Shown piece by piece: positions 1 to 13,672 of a stretch of DNA of 64,000 nucleotides. The notes under the pieces are model-generated. The model was not told the origin of the DNA. It saw nothing but the letters and a program-made list of their open reading frames with translations, and searched no databases. Every line of letters starts with the position of its first letter. The first letter of the stretch is position 1. The translations under genes were made by a program, and so were the position numbers. This stretch comes from Bugula neritina (Eukaryota > Animalia > Bryozoa), in NCBI GenBank assembly GCA_964035545.1, contig OZ037769.1, positions 6,057,929-6,121,928 of the forward strand, given 5' to 3'.

Positions 1-232
1 AGCATGTGTATACATAGAGTATAGCATACATGTGTATACATGGAGCATAACGTTATGCTATAGGAGCAACTTATACCACAGTTCTAAACTCAATACCTGG
101 TGGAAAAAACAGCACAATTTCTGCCAAGCTACCTTTTTCGAAAACTCTGAGAGTGAAAAGTGAGAGACTAAGTTAACTAGTGTAGGCAGCTTAGAGCCAT
201 AATGAAAACATGTTTTGCAGCTTCCTCTTTCT

Positions 233-600
233 ACCTGGTGTATATAATCACCTACCTAGTATATCATGGTACAATATCTACCTACATACCTACCTAGTAC
301 ATATATTCACCTACCTATTACATATATTCACCTACCTGGTACATATAATCACCTACCTATTACATATAATCACCTACCTAGTACATCTAATCACCTACTT
401 GGTATATATATTCACCTACCTAGTGCATATATTCACCTACCTAGTACATATACTAATCACCTACCTAGTGTATACAAACATCTACCTGTCACATATAATC
501 ACCTACCTGGTACATATATTCACCTACCTGGTACATATAACAACATACTTAGTACATATACTAATCACCTACCTATTACATACAATCACCTACCTGGTAC
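233..600. repeat. 21-bp intronic minisatellite (~17 copies) whose unit contains the USP48 splice donor
   Basis: Unit ~TACATATAATCACCTACCTGG. The minus strand reads ...GTACCAG|GTAGGTGAT. The rightmost copy overlaps the real exon end at 594. Confidence 0.95.
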
Positions 601-3600
601 AGTGACATAAGGAGTGTCATTCTCCTTCCCTGCTGCCTTCACTTGTATCACCATACTGCAGGGGAAGTGGGAAGAAAGGACATCCCACTCATACGGCCAC
701 AGTAGTATAATACTGCTCTCATCGGACGGACTAACACACAGTTTATCATGTGGGCACAGCAAAGTAGAGTTTTCTATACTGGCTAAAGTTGACGATAGTG
801 GGTTTCTACAAATTCATTACTAATAAGATTAAATCAGTGTGTGAGTAGTTTTAAGCTATATAGGTTGTCTAAAATCTAACAATTGTTTCATACCGGAAAG
901 CTTCAGATATGCTAAATCTATTGCACTTAAGTGTGTGGTGTGCGTGTTTGTGTGTGTGTGTGCGAGTGTGTGTATGTATATGTGTGTGCGTGCGTGCGTG
1001 TGTGTGTGTGTGTTCGTGTCTGGGTGTGCCTGTGTGTGTTTGTTTATTTACTTCTCTTGCACAAAGCAAAATATAAAATAGCTTTATAGTTAGCTTTACT
1101 TTTAGTACTGAGAAAACACACAACTACAGTAAAGGGAGATAAACATTAAATCATACAATGCTTGCGACAAGTGACTTTGCAAATACAAAGGGAACAAAGT
1201 GTACAATACAGCTAAGAAGCATCACGACTTTAGATTGTGTGAGATTCAATAAATTGCTCAGCTCAGGGTAGAATATGTCTAACTCAAGGATAAATACAGG
1301 AACAGCCAACCTGAGAAAGGCTTTCCACTGTTTATACGAAGCAGAGCTCAGACAGTAGACAGTGTCAGTAGTCAGCGAGCCTACGATTGGACGGTTACGT
1401 AATGACGCAAGGTCGGACAGCAGCTGCCGCTCCTCCTTCACCAGAGTTTTGCGCTGATCTTCTATTTCTACAAGCCTCTGATTATCTCCCTGCAAAGGTT
1501 AACAAATAAAACTTGCTTTAGTCTGGTCCTTGTGTTCAGGCATATTCTCTATTCCTACAGAACTAGGTATGTCTTCATCCACACTGCTTTTCCATGGCCT
1601 AGAATGGATCCATATGGATGCTCATAGGATGGATTTGTGGTTGCGGTTTGCATTAACTTATGGTTTCCAAATATCGAATAAAAAAATTTATTTTTGTTCA
1701 ATGCGAAGCAATGGAAATGCAGTGCTAGACCAGATCATGTTGCTATGGCTACACAATACACAACACATCTAGATTGACAATATACTCCTAGATTGACCCT
1801 ACCCTATGACCTACACACACATGACCTACATATTATGACTTAGCACACTCACCAAGCACTGTGCACACTTGGGGTCCAGCGATGTGAAGCTAATAGCATC
1901 AGGAAAATACTCTAGAAAGATGTCCCAGACTGACTGAGGAACCAGCTGCCTGTGCTTGTCCGCCGTGTCCAGACAACCTGTAACACCAAACACAGTAACG
2001 CACTGACTTGCCAGTGTGAAATTCTCAAACATTTATCAAAGAAGTTTATTAAATTTAAAGCAAATCAAGACAAAGTATTTCTTTTTGAACGCACCGTGTT
2101 CACATCGTATCTCGCTGTTGAAAGCCTCTTCCTCTTCCAACATATTTTCTGCAACCCGTTCAGTACTTTTATCTTTATCTGAGAATTGTTAAAATATGAA
2201 ACTGGTTCCTGGAGTTTATTTCAAGAAACAGTACAAAAAACCGGTTTTAAAATAAGCCACATCACAGGAAGGATTTCCTTGAAAACTGACTAACATACCT
2301 TCACTGTTTTCCGTTCCATTCACAGTTTCACCTTTACGGTCATTATCTAGAAAAGAAAAAATTGTATGCATCCTAATAGACACAAGGAAGATGCGTTTGT
2401 ATAACTCATCAACAATCAGTTAGATGATTTGCACCCAGTTTACTATCACAGGAATCTAGCAGATCTACTGATAGATCAAGGAAATCAGGCTGCTTACTTT
2501 TGCTACAAGTTTATCTAAATTTCTAGTATTTATATTCCAGCAAAATGATTTCCAGAAAAATAATTAGTTTTGGCATGAGCGTAGCCCAAAGCTTAACAAC
2601 TTTCAAAAAATAAAAGTATTTACATTAAATTGGCACACAGAAATTGTCTTCTTTCTGGATCAGAAAGGTAAATCACCTGTTGGCTGAGCGGCTTTCTCCA
2701 GAGGCTTGAGCACACGAGATCTCCACTTTCTGAGTTCCACTTTACTGACCCAGTAGTGGGTGGAGCTACAAGACACCATAGTATCAGACTGTCGGCATGT
2801 TCAGTTTGTGGTATGTACTACATTATTTTACATATCTAGTATAGAGTGCGCTATAGCTAGTATATTGATATATATTATAGTATAGAATGTGCTATAGCTA
2901 GAACAATGGTATATTATAGTAGAGTGTGCTATAGGTAGTACATATTACAGTACATGTCTAACATATTACTGATATACAACAAAGTTGGTTGCCGTACATA
3001 TGAAGTATATATACAAGCTTACAGATTATATATTAACTGACTTTTTAGAGCTGACTGAAGATTTTTTCTGGTTTGCTGCCGACAGCAAACTGCTGATCCG
3101 TTTATTATCCTCCTCAACTTTCACCTTCTGCCTTCTCCATACCAGCTGATTCCTCACACACTCATAACACAGACCATCCTCTCTGTTGAGTACTACTGTG
3201 TCTTCATTACTGAACGTCCTGTATAGAAACTCCCCCTTCAACAAACCAGGCTCACTATATCCTACTCTTATGCCTTGTTCAATCACAATTTTCTTATTTG
3301 ACATTATGAAATGAAAACACAACAACTGACAAAATAAATATGTAGTTGTGAAGTATAAATAATCATATGAAGTCAGAATATATTTATAATATATTATTAC
3401 ACGTATATTTGAAGAGCATACGAGGAATACTAAATAATGAACTGCAATACACAATTACCAACTCAGTAGTTAAAACCTAGCTATAAGATGAATATTGAAG
3501 GAAGCACCCGTGGTCTAGGGATTAGAGCATTTGCCTAATAAGCACAAAGTCATGGGTTCCAACCCGACAAAGGCCATTGGTAATGTTAGAAAGAGCATTC

Positions 3601-6600
3601 AGTCATAATTGCTCCTGTGCCACATCTGAATAAGTCCTTAGCCCACTTTAAACAACACCCTTTCCATCAGGGGTTCTGACAGGGATAATGACTATAAACT
3701 TGTGAGTTTTTCATAAGACGAATATCATATGTAATAAACTAATGTCATATGTATTAAAATAATATCATATGTATTAAAATGATATTATATGTATTAAAAT
3801 GATATCATATGTAATAAAATGATATCATATGTAATAAAATGATAAAATGCATATAAAAAGGTGAATAAACAAACCTGTTTTTGTGAGATAACTTTATATT
3901 TGCTGGGTTGAGACCAGTTGAGTTTGCCGTGTCTACACAGTAGTGGGCGGCTGTCTATCGGTTTGATGTCAGACCAGTCTTTTAGCAGCTCTGTCAGCCA
4001 CACAACCGGCACCATGTAGAAGTTCTCCGAGCTGTCCTCGGCTACTTTAAGCCCCTCCCACATCTCAGCTATTTGCTCCTTTTTCAGCTCCACTCGCATC
4101 ATTTCCTCAGTCTGTGTTTGAAAATATGCTAGACTTTAGGCAGAATATTCAAATGGCAAAAGCTAATTAGAAAAATCGAATGTCCACAACAACAACTGCA
4201 ATCCATTTATGCGAAATTTACAATAAATTTGATGGAAAGAAAGCTAAAACTACTGTATCAAGATTATTAAATGCAGAAGTGTGCATCAAGGGTAAGTGTG
4301 CAAGCAGATACGACCCCAGTGCCATTTTGTGAATATAGAAGAACACAAGTTTTACTTTGATTACACACCAAATGTTGGCAACAAAAAATCTTACTATTTG
4401 AAGAATAACAGTTTCCCGTTTGGAAAGCAGTCGGGGTCCAGAGGTTAGAGCGCTGACCTAGTAAACCTAGGGTCATGGGTTCGAACCCCAGTAAAAGCCA
4501 TTGGCGATGCTAGGAAGAACATTCAGTCATAATTGCTCCTTTTCGACATATGAATAAGTCCTTAGCCCAATTTAACAACATCCCTTTCCACTATTGGTTT
4601 CTCACAGGGACAGTGACTAGAAACTAAAGTGAGTTTTTTAAGAGTTTCCTATTTTAGATGTTCAAGACAAAACAACTCCATCTTCAGTACAGAGTGTGAA
4701 TAAAGACCTGCTTAATCTGAGTGTCTTGATAGCCGGCAGACATGATTTCATTGTCCACTGAGACCTTCTGTACAATATTCTGGGGCACTGGACTTGGCTG
4801 TAGGTCTGAATAATAAGATAGTGATTGAGTTTAATTAAACATACAACAGTGAATATTCAAGCATTCTAATAATCCTTAACTTAATTGACTTAGCACAACA
4901 TGCACATCACTAAATTAATTTTAATGTGCAGTTAAAATAACAATTATCATCTATAAAAGCTAAAAATTGAAGTAATCCAGTCCTGTTTTATGTATACACT
5001 ACACTGAATAAGCGCAGCCTATCTTTTCCCAACAAATTCTTAGAGAACTAGCACATACTATGTGATCAATATGCAAAAAATCATTGCCAAATTGTACATG
5101 ACCTAATAGTAACTTTACATTATCATGTATTCAACTCTCACCACTACACAACTGATCAACACATCAAAACATCATGAAAACTAACTGTAATATTACCCAT
5201 GAGTAAAATTCTATTACCTTTCGTAGACTGTATGAAGGCCTTATTCTGGTAGACCAACATATATGCATTCTTGGATCTGTTGCACTTCTTCCTGCCATCA
5301 TTTGGTAAGGAGCTGGTGCTAGCTTCTACAAGGGAAGAAACTATTACCTTAACTATACAGACCACCAAGAAATCTTTATAATGTTCCGGGTAGAGCATAC
5401 AACTCCTAATTGTACATGCCTTATCTTAGACAAAAAGCCTTACATATTTTAATATTAAAATACTTTCGCAGTATTATACACATAAGCACCACATACTCAT
5501 ACTCAAGAATCAAGCATCAAACATTCATTCAAATACTAGACTATCTGGTTTACCTGGATCAAAATCTAGTGACTCCTCTTTTGACAGGTTTAACTTCTTC
5601 CCTCTCAACTTATTGACATTAGTATCATTGAATGAATACCAGCAGTCCTGTTTACGTATGTGTGCCGTGTAGTGTCCACTAAACGCTGACACACCAGAGT
5701 GCATCAGCACTGCAGTCAGCTCATAATTATGCTGCTCTAAAACCACCCAAATTATGTACGGCGCCAGCACAATGTATTGAAAAATATTTCATCAAAATTA
5801 TCTTGGTACACAGAAGCAGCTACAAGAGTCTAAACAAGTAAACATTTTATTTATACAACAAGCAAATCCTAAAAATTGTATTTTTACAAAGGAAATTTCA
5901 AATCAAAAACACAAAAATACTTATAACAATATGTTGGCAATATTGTGACGACTCTTACCTCCAGTGGAGGCCACCAATTCCGTCAGATCCAACGAGTCCG
6001 GGAACTGTAAACAAGTGTTCAACTTCTTCTTGTGACCAGTTTTCCTACAAACAAATAGTTTGGTTATGAGACCGGAGCATACTGAATGCAAGATACTAGG
6101 AATATACACACTGCTTGCTCTATATTCGCTAGCAACAGCTGACTTTACGTCACATAGGGACGGTATATTAGAGATGAAAAGTTATTGAGAAGTATTAAGA
6201 AATACTGTTGGAGTTACTTTCTCATTACTCTAGTTGTGTTACTTAATCCAGTGAGAGAAAAAACTAACCTATCAAACACAAATCTCAGAAGCTGTATATT
6301 CAACACAGGTGGTAACTTCCTTAGCTGTATTCTTCTGGTGGCGTTCTGCTTGGACTGGCACTTTGAACAGTAATACTGGTTGTCTCCAGTTAACTTCTCT
6401 ACCTTCAACAACAATACAGACGTAAAGGAGTGTGTAACCTGGGGTTAAATATGTTTAGAGTGAGCTTTCCATACACCCTGCAGATATGCCTTCTGTACAC
6501 TCCAAATATATGCTTTCTATACACTCTACAGATATGCCTTCTGTACACTTTGCATATATGCTTTAAAAAGTTGCTAAAACTGTTATTTTAAGCAGATGTA

Positions 6601-9600
6601 GGTTTTTAAATTATTCAAAAGTCTCTAGGTATGGTCACATGAAATGGAGTTACGCACAGACCACTAGCAGAAACTGTGCACAGAAGGCCAAATAGGGCGA
6701 TGTTAGTGAATTGCAAGTGGTCAACATGAGAACAAATACTGCGAAAAGTTCTTGTGGTAGTAATTCAATTGGCTGAGTACTATATAGTGAGTACACTTTT
6801 CGAGTTTCAGTTTTACATTTTATTAATATTAACTGCGCATTATTGAGAACAGCGAGTGAGATTTCAAAACGTAACAGAATAGTAAAGACATTGGCAAATA
6901 AAATTGGTCACCATAGTTGCGCCCCTGCTGACAATGTATTGGGTGTGGTAGGTAGCTCCCGAAGCTGATTTTCAATGCTTACGCTTCGCAAGCAAGCAAA
7001 ACTCTGTTTTATGTGGCCTGATCTTGAGATTTGCTCAATCAATTGACAAAGTTATGTGCACTGCACGTGCTTCATGATAGAGAAAATCTTCTTGAAAGGT
7101 ACTTTCAAAGTATGATTATCAGCAATATATGTATGTTGTTATCATGATGTACAATTAGCTATATACTATTATGATTTAGTATGTTAAATTTATTAACACT
7201 GTTTGAATGATTACAGAGAATCACAACAGCTTTGAAAAACCTCAACTAAAACTGTCTGAACTCAGTACCTCTGCACTGTGTTTATTTGATGGTTTTACTG
7301 TTATACTTTAGGTATAAAGAACCTGGCACCATGCTAAGTGAATTAAGTAACTTTCAAACTTTCTGATCATATTACAGAATGCTTGGTAATACAGCCTCTG
7401 TAATGAAAAATTATTATAACTCAAAAATCTCTGTGACACATGAATAACTCAATACTTCAACAGATTCTCTAATCGTAACCTTGACCTCTTAACAAGTTTA
7501 CCTGGAGAAAGGACTTGAGACACTCGTCCAGAGAGTTCAGTGATTCTATGCTCAAATCTAGCTCACTAAACTGAGAGGGTGTCCTTGACTCGTGTCGGCA
7601 GGTGCAGCAGCTACAATACAGTAATATAGTAATATACTTTTTCTATAACCTACAATAAATATATATTATATCAGTAATACACCTTTTCTATAACCTACAA
7701 TACATATATATTATATCAGTAATATACCTTTTCTATAACCTACAATACATATATATCACAAGAGTGTGATATATATGTATTGGGCACACTCATGTTCATG
7801 TGTTTATCAAAAGAGTAAACATATAATATAAAATACTGTATACAGCACATGAAAAGTAAAAGTGCTTAATTACATTTACTATAGTCCAAATATACATTAT
7901 AAAACATATACATTATAAAACATATACATTATAAAACATATACATTATAAAACGTTTACATTATAAAACATATACATTATAAAAATGATACACTATTTCT
8001 ATCAGTTGCAATGCCCATAGTTTTTACAGCCAAGGGAAAGGGAAAATCAAGATATGAATAAGGAGTTATGTTCTATCGCAAGTTGGTTTAGGTGTTGTCC
8101 CCCCTCCAAGTCCGTTGGCTTTTGCTTCCTGACATTCCCTCTAATGCATGCAAACATCCTAATAATCAGGGCATGTAGCTAGCTGAAGATGTTAAAATTA
8201 GATAAGAATTTATTTGATTTGATGAAAATAAATAAATTTTCAATTCTACATAGTTTATTAAAATGATATATATAATACCTCGTAACGTAGTCATAACTAC
8301 CAGAGAACATGTTCTTAACCTCAGGGCAAGGAAGAAGATCTATAAACAGTTTACTGAACTCCTGGGCATCTTGCTGGAGTGAAGCGTCCAGTCCAAGTAG
8401 ATCTATCAGAGGTGATGGGTCTATGCAACTGGAATATAGTTCAAGTATAAGCAGACATAGAAACTGTCTTCACGTATACTCAGGATAGAAATCTATGAGT
8501 AGGGTGTCCTGTCTAAAACCTTATCCACCAAAGTGCCATTTAATAAATCTAGATGACGGCTATACAGAGAATAAAAATAAATTCAACAGCCAACACTGCA
8601 CGCTTAAAATCTTGGCAACTATCATTTTTTGTGCATAATACATTTAAGTGACACTTTTTTCTTTCTTAGTTATGAAATCAATTTTTAAATGGACTGTTTT
8701 TGCATGCTGAGTAATAAATTTGATATATAGATGTTATAAATGCTTTTGAAATTAGTCTATTGCATGATGATTACAAGAAAACTATAAAGCCATCATTGCG
8801 GGTATAAAATGACTCCGGTGGCCCGGGGCGGCCTGTATATCATGACTCAGGTGGCCTGGGGTGGCCTGGGATGGCCTGGGGTGGCCTGTGTATCAGTAAG
8901 TCTTACCTTCGCTCACTCAACTCCAGTAATCCAAATATGTACTGCAGCGAGTCAAATATAGAGAATCCATCTTCTAAATGAATATAAACACGGAGATAAA
9001 ATTAGAATCAAACTTGGGCAATTCCAAACATTACCGTGAAAATGTTAGCCAATAATATGGAACCATTTGAATAAAAGATAAATTTAAAAATAAGTTATAG
9101 TCTATGAGTAGGCTATAGGTGGAATTATAAAATATGCTTGCCAAATCTCATACCTAATAATAGCATCAAAGAATTAGCCAAAACTTTAGTTGGCATTTTT
9201 TGTAGAAAGAAAATATGAGCTAGTGGCTGACAGCTGTACACATTTTTTCCGTTTGCCAAATTATTAGATAGATTACCTTGCTCTGGACTCCGCTCAAAGA
9301 TGGCATTCCTAAAGGCAAGATTATGATACCACAGCTGAAGGAATGCATTGACATAACACGTAGCACCAAGATTGACAAGCCCAACTGGCATATCATTTTT
9401 TCTTTTGACAAGGCAATGATCGTCTTCGTCATCAGATGGCCAATCATAGTCCATATCACCAGCCAGCCACTTGTTGAATCCTAGACCACCAACGCAGTAT
9501 GGATCACCAGCACAATTTTTGCTAAAATGAAATAAGCTACACCTTAGTTGGCCTGTAAACCAAACACGTCAAGTAAATAATTTAGATTCCATTATAAGCT

Positions 9601-10794
9601 ACCTCTTGAAAGTATAACCAGATAAAATTACTATGCGTTATAAATTATTAATAAAATGTGCTATAGCGTAACTCACCGGCAATTTTCATGAATATAAATA
9701 TCGCCATTCTTTAAAGGTGTTGTACTAGTATCAGAAGCATCCAAAACTACTTTATCAGGACTAGAACTTTTGTCTAAGGATTGATCAGCACGCGACTGCT
9801 CAACAGCATAAGATACATGTTTGCTTATTTGAGGTCCTGGAGCCAATTCTGCTAAATTGTCATCATTGCATTGATGAAAGGATTCTGAGAATGACGCATG
9901 TTTATCTAATTTTAAACTGTGACTTATGCCATTACGAAGACAGTGACTACCTAATTGTTTCTCAATATTATTTAGTCTAGCGTCTGTCATTTTCTCAATA
10001 ACTATAATGGGTTGACTTGGAGAGCTTTTGAAGTTTGAAGTTGTATGGTCCTCTAACAGTACTTTATCACGGCCACAGATCACTGAACTAGCCTTATTTT
10101 CCAAGTTTGGTTTTGGTTCTTTCAGCGGCTTAGATTGATACCTGTCTTCATGTTTGTGTTGGCGTTGAGATGATTTATCCCCATGACTATCATCAGTAAG
10201 AGTGTTAATTTTAGTCAAATGATTATGATTATCTTCAAGTTTATGTTTCTTTAAATCAGCATCAAAATGATTATGATGTAATGAAGTTTCGGTGCAGCAT
10301 TCAGAAACTGACTGGGCATGACTGCGAGAGTTGATACACTGGTAGTCTTCGCGTGATTGTGGACTTGAAAATACTTTACTCGAAGTTTTAGAAATATCAA
10401 GTTTAACCAAATCATGATCACCATTATTATGATTACTATCACTATGCATATTACATTCACTTTCAGTTTTACTGCTGATATTAGACTTAGTACGGGTATT
10501 AGATTCTGCTAGAGTTACAATATCATTATTGTGAATGTCACTGTCAGACTGTGAAAAAATTACACTGCCACAGGCACTTGGCCTTAGTCTTGTAGTTGTA
10601 CTTGTAGTTGTATTCTTTGAGTTTAATTCCTCTTGAAGTTGATGTCCTGGTTTGAGCTCCAAAATTAGTGTTGATCTCAGTCTGTATACAAATTCAACAT
10701 GACATTGTTGAATATTTTGAGGATCCACACTCAAAAGTCTCAACCACAATGCTTCTTTGTCAAAAGTTGATGATTTTTTAGATTTAAAAGGCAT
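594..10794 (-). CDS. USP48: Ubiquitin carboxyl-terminal hydrolase 48 (USP48), multi-exon, 3' end beyond window start
   Basis: Phase-consistent GT-AG exons (minus): 10794-9677, 9521-9277, 8973-8907, 8428-8279, 7610-7502, 6402-6269, 6044-5959, 5736-5554, 5325-5218, 4805-4708, 4111-3875, 3235-3042, 2765-2677, 2346-2299, 2178-2095, 1977-1853, 1489-1311, 805-594. Motifs: Cys box [27 protein letters not shown], His box [29 protein letters not shown]48-typical [20 protein letters not shown] and DUSP-like LLCRHG/IRCEHG/LLCPH segments. Confidence 0.95.
930..1040. repeat. (TG)n/(TGCG)n microsatellite
   Basis: Seen directly in the sequence. Confidence 0.95.
3504..3710 (+). mobile_element. tRNA-derived SINE family 1, copy 1
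   Basis: A-box-like GTGGTCTAGGG and B-box-like GGTTCCAACCC. Body CAGTCATAATTGCTCC...TGAATAAGTCCTTAGCC is shared with the copies at 4427 and 32641. Confidence 0.85.
3720..3845. repeat. 17-bp AT-rich tandem repeat (ATATCATATGTA(A/T)TAAA) next to a splice donor
   Basis: About 7 copies, ending ~30 bp from the USP48 donor at 3874. Confidence 0.9.
4427..4639 (+). mobile_element. tRNA-derived SINE family 1, copy 2
   Basis: Head GGTTAGAGCG...GGGTTCGAACCC with the same body as 3504 and 32641. Confidence 0.85.
6470..6565. repeat. Short degenerate tandem repeat (AGATATGCCTTCTGTACACT-like)
   Basis: About 4 copies, in the intron near the USP48 acceptor at 6403. Confidence 0.8.
7611..7760. repeat. ~45-bp tandem repeat containing copies of the USP48 acceptor (minus-strand TATTGTAG)
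   Basis: CTACAATA recurs at ~7611 (real acceptor), 7650, 7695 and 7740. Confidence 0.85.
7890..7985. repeat. 16-bp tandem repeat AAAACATATACATTAT
   Basis: About 6 copies. Confidence 0.9.
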
Positions 10795-12595
10795 TTCTGT
10801 TTCTGATTTCTCTTTGACTTTCAGTTTCAGTGAATTATTTTCAGGTACATAATGATAATCTAAATCATAATGATAAAACAGCCAAAACTACTCTATTACA
10901 ATATAAATAATAGTGGTTGGTTGTGGTGAATACTAGTCAGTCCGAGCGCAACCACATAACCATAAAGATAATAATACTTATATTAATGTTGTCGTTCATG
11001 TTCACGTTGAACTTGATGTTCATGTTGATAAAATAATCTAAACCAGGCGCCGCAGCTGAAATAAAAGTGTTTACACAGCTTGTATCCGGTTGAGAGCAAT
11101 TTGAGAGTCATCTTCCTTATAAATTTATTTGGTAGCCTTTCGGACCTGCTATTATTTTGAGAAGATAACTCTAAGTTAATAAACCTTGCTAGTACTACGT
11201 ACGCCAGTAAAACAGTACTGTACATATTATTATGTAGCAGTCTCTTATAATAATGCATTCTCCTCAATTTAACTTTAATACAATGTATATACAATGTATA
11301 TAGTAATAGGTTTTAGAGATTTAAAACACCTGACTTTCCAATATGCAACTATAGACATTTTGCCCCCTTCAGGTGCTTGTTAACATTTGTGATATAATAT
11401 GAAATAGTATGGAATGAGTTTTTTAAAGAAGAAAGTAAAATGTGAAAAAAGCACAAATTGCATGATATTATATTATGTTTGTGATTATTATTAACAATAA
11501 AGGACTGGCCAATTATCTGATTATGATTACATGATTGCAATAAGATTTTTACATGAAATGCAAAGCAACACCACAATAGAGAGACAAGGATAGAAAAAAC
11601 TTTACCTATGCATAAAAATAAGCATAAATCTTGCAATGCAAGAAATCATTAATCCTTAATGATCACTGAGAGCCATAAAAATATGAAAATAATATGTAGT
11701 TTAATTAGCATTACAAATATAATCGCAACTATAGTGTTATATAATTATATTAACAGTATCTTATATTAGTGCTTTTATAATCTTTATGGTAGGACATCAA
11801 ACAATTTAAACCTAGAAATGAAAAGTTTTATTTCCAGCTAAAATAGAATAACTTAGGCAAAGTGTTATATGTTTGCATAGTTTATGGCAGTATATAATGC
11901 TTTAGAAGTTCATACAGAGCTCATCCTCGTATATCTCCTTCATTTGGCCCAACCTTACATTAACCATAATATTACAGTTTTTAATTTTTGTTTGCAATAT
12001 TTATTACTAATTTCTATTACTTTAATAGCATTCAATTCATTTTTAATTGGGTAACCGATCCAATTGAATAGAAAAATTCAGGGCTCAGGTGTAAGGAATG
12101 GTTATTAGTACGAGTGTACAACTGACAAGCTATTATTTGTATATGCATGTGTGTTATACGCCATTATCCACCTAATCAGATTCAATGCTTTATAGAATAG
12201 CTAAGCTGTAATATTGGTTAGAGATTAACAATAGGTAAGTTTACCAACTATAATGCTACAACGACTCCTGCCTAAATATTATGTTCTGTAAACTAGTAGG
12301 AGATAAGAAGACCTTTACAAAGTAGTTGTACATTGTATTGTTATATCATGAAAGATAAAATGATAAACCATATAGTTGATCAATAATATAAAAGTATTTT
12401 GATAAGATACAATTGTATATTATATGCAATAAGATGGTAGATACTATAGTGGGTTTAAATAAATGGTTTAAATAGAGAAAGTAATTTTCAAAGCCTTATC
12501 ACTGTGGATTAGTGCCCATTTTACCAGAAAATGTTAGTAAACTGTTTTCACAGCTTCAGATGTTGCCATAAACTCTCACAAGAGTAAGAAAGACT

Positions 12596-13558
12596 TCATG
12601 TGTGTGATGAGTCACCAGCAGCAGACCAGTACAAGTCATTCTCCATCATTTCAACACCATCTTCAGCATTTCCCAGCTCCTCACCTGTGATTGGTTGATC
12701 TGCTGATCTGTCAGACGTTTCTGGTTTCTCTACGAATGCTGTTTCTGCAACAGGATACCTGCAGAGGAAAGAATAATCTTGGAAATAATATTGACAAATT
12801 ATTGAATTAATACAAAATAAAACAAATATTATTAATATTTCAATTTATAAGCATGTCGAAAAAAAAGATCAGTTTTTTGGTTCTGATTTACACAAAAGGA
12901 GAACTTTGTAGCACTGAGATTACACAGTAGCCCCTGTGGTGTAATGGTTAACACTCCAGCTTGCAAGCCGGAGGTCTCGGGTTCAAATCCCAGTAGAGGT
13001 AAAAATTTTACAGACTTGCCTTACTACATTGTAGTATTCTTCTTCTGCTGGCACACCATAGATCTCTACATCTCTCGCTGTATCATAGACCTCCTCATCT
13101 CCCTTTGTATCGTAGATCTCTACGTCTTCTGCTACATCATAAATCTCTACATCTCTCGCAACGTCATAGACATCTGTATGATGAGCATTGGGCTCCATTA
13201 TTTCCCCTGATATCTCGTAAACGGTTGAATAGTTATGGTGGTCGGATTCCAGAACCTTTTTTGCGGTTGTATCAACTGTGTAACAGTCACTTTCCTCTAA
13301 TGCAAGGTTTTCATTTCCGGATTTTGAATTCTGGTTGTGGTTATGGACTAAATATATAAGAATTTTCGGTTACCAAGTAGCAAATAAAAAATGCTCAACA
13401 TGACCTCATATATATTTGTATACCCCTTATAGTCCCTACCATTACGAAAAAGCAGCAATTAACTTGAAAAGTTATATTATAAAATTGGGTCATGCAAACA
13501 ATTATTTTTTAAAAGTTATACATTGTATTACTTATATATATATATATATATATGTATG

Positions 13559-13590
<32 letters not shown>

Positions 13591-13591
13591 C

Positions 13592-13672
<81 letters not shown>

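Noticed and set aside
210-610. ORFs 210-605 and 266-610
   Set aside because: Translations of the 21-bp intronic minisatellite, antisense to USP48.
3504-3575. tRNA genes at 3504, 4427 and 32641
   Set aside because: Stems are mismatched, anticodons differ between copies, and all continue into a shared ~130-bp non-tRNA body, which indicates SINEs.
12930-13001. Functional tRNA gene
   Set aside because: The anticodon arm is imperfect, there is no immediate oligo-T terminator, and a degenerate second copy exists; more likely a SINE or pseudogene. tRNAscan-SE would decide.
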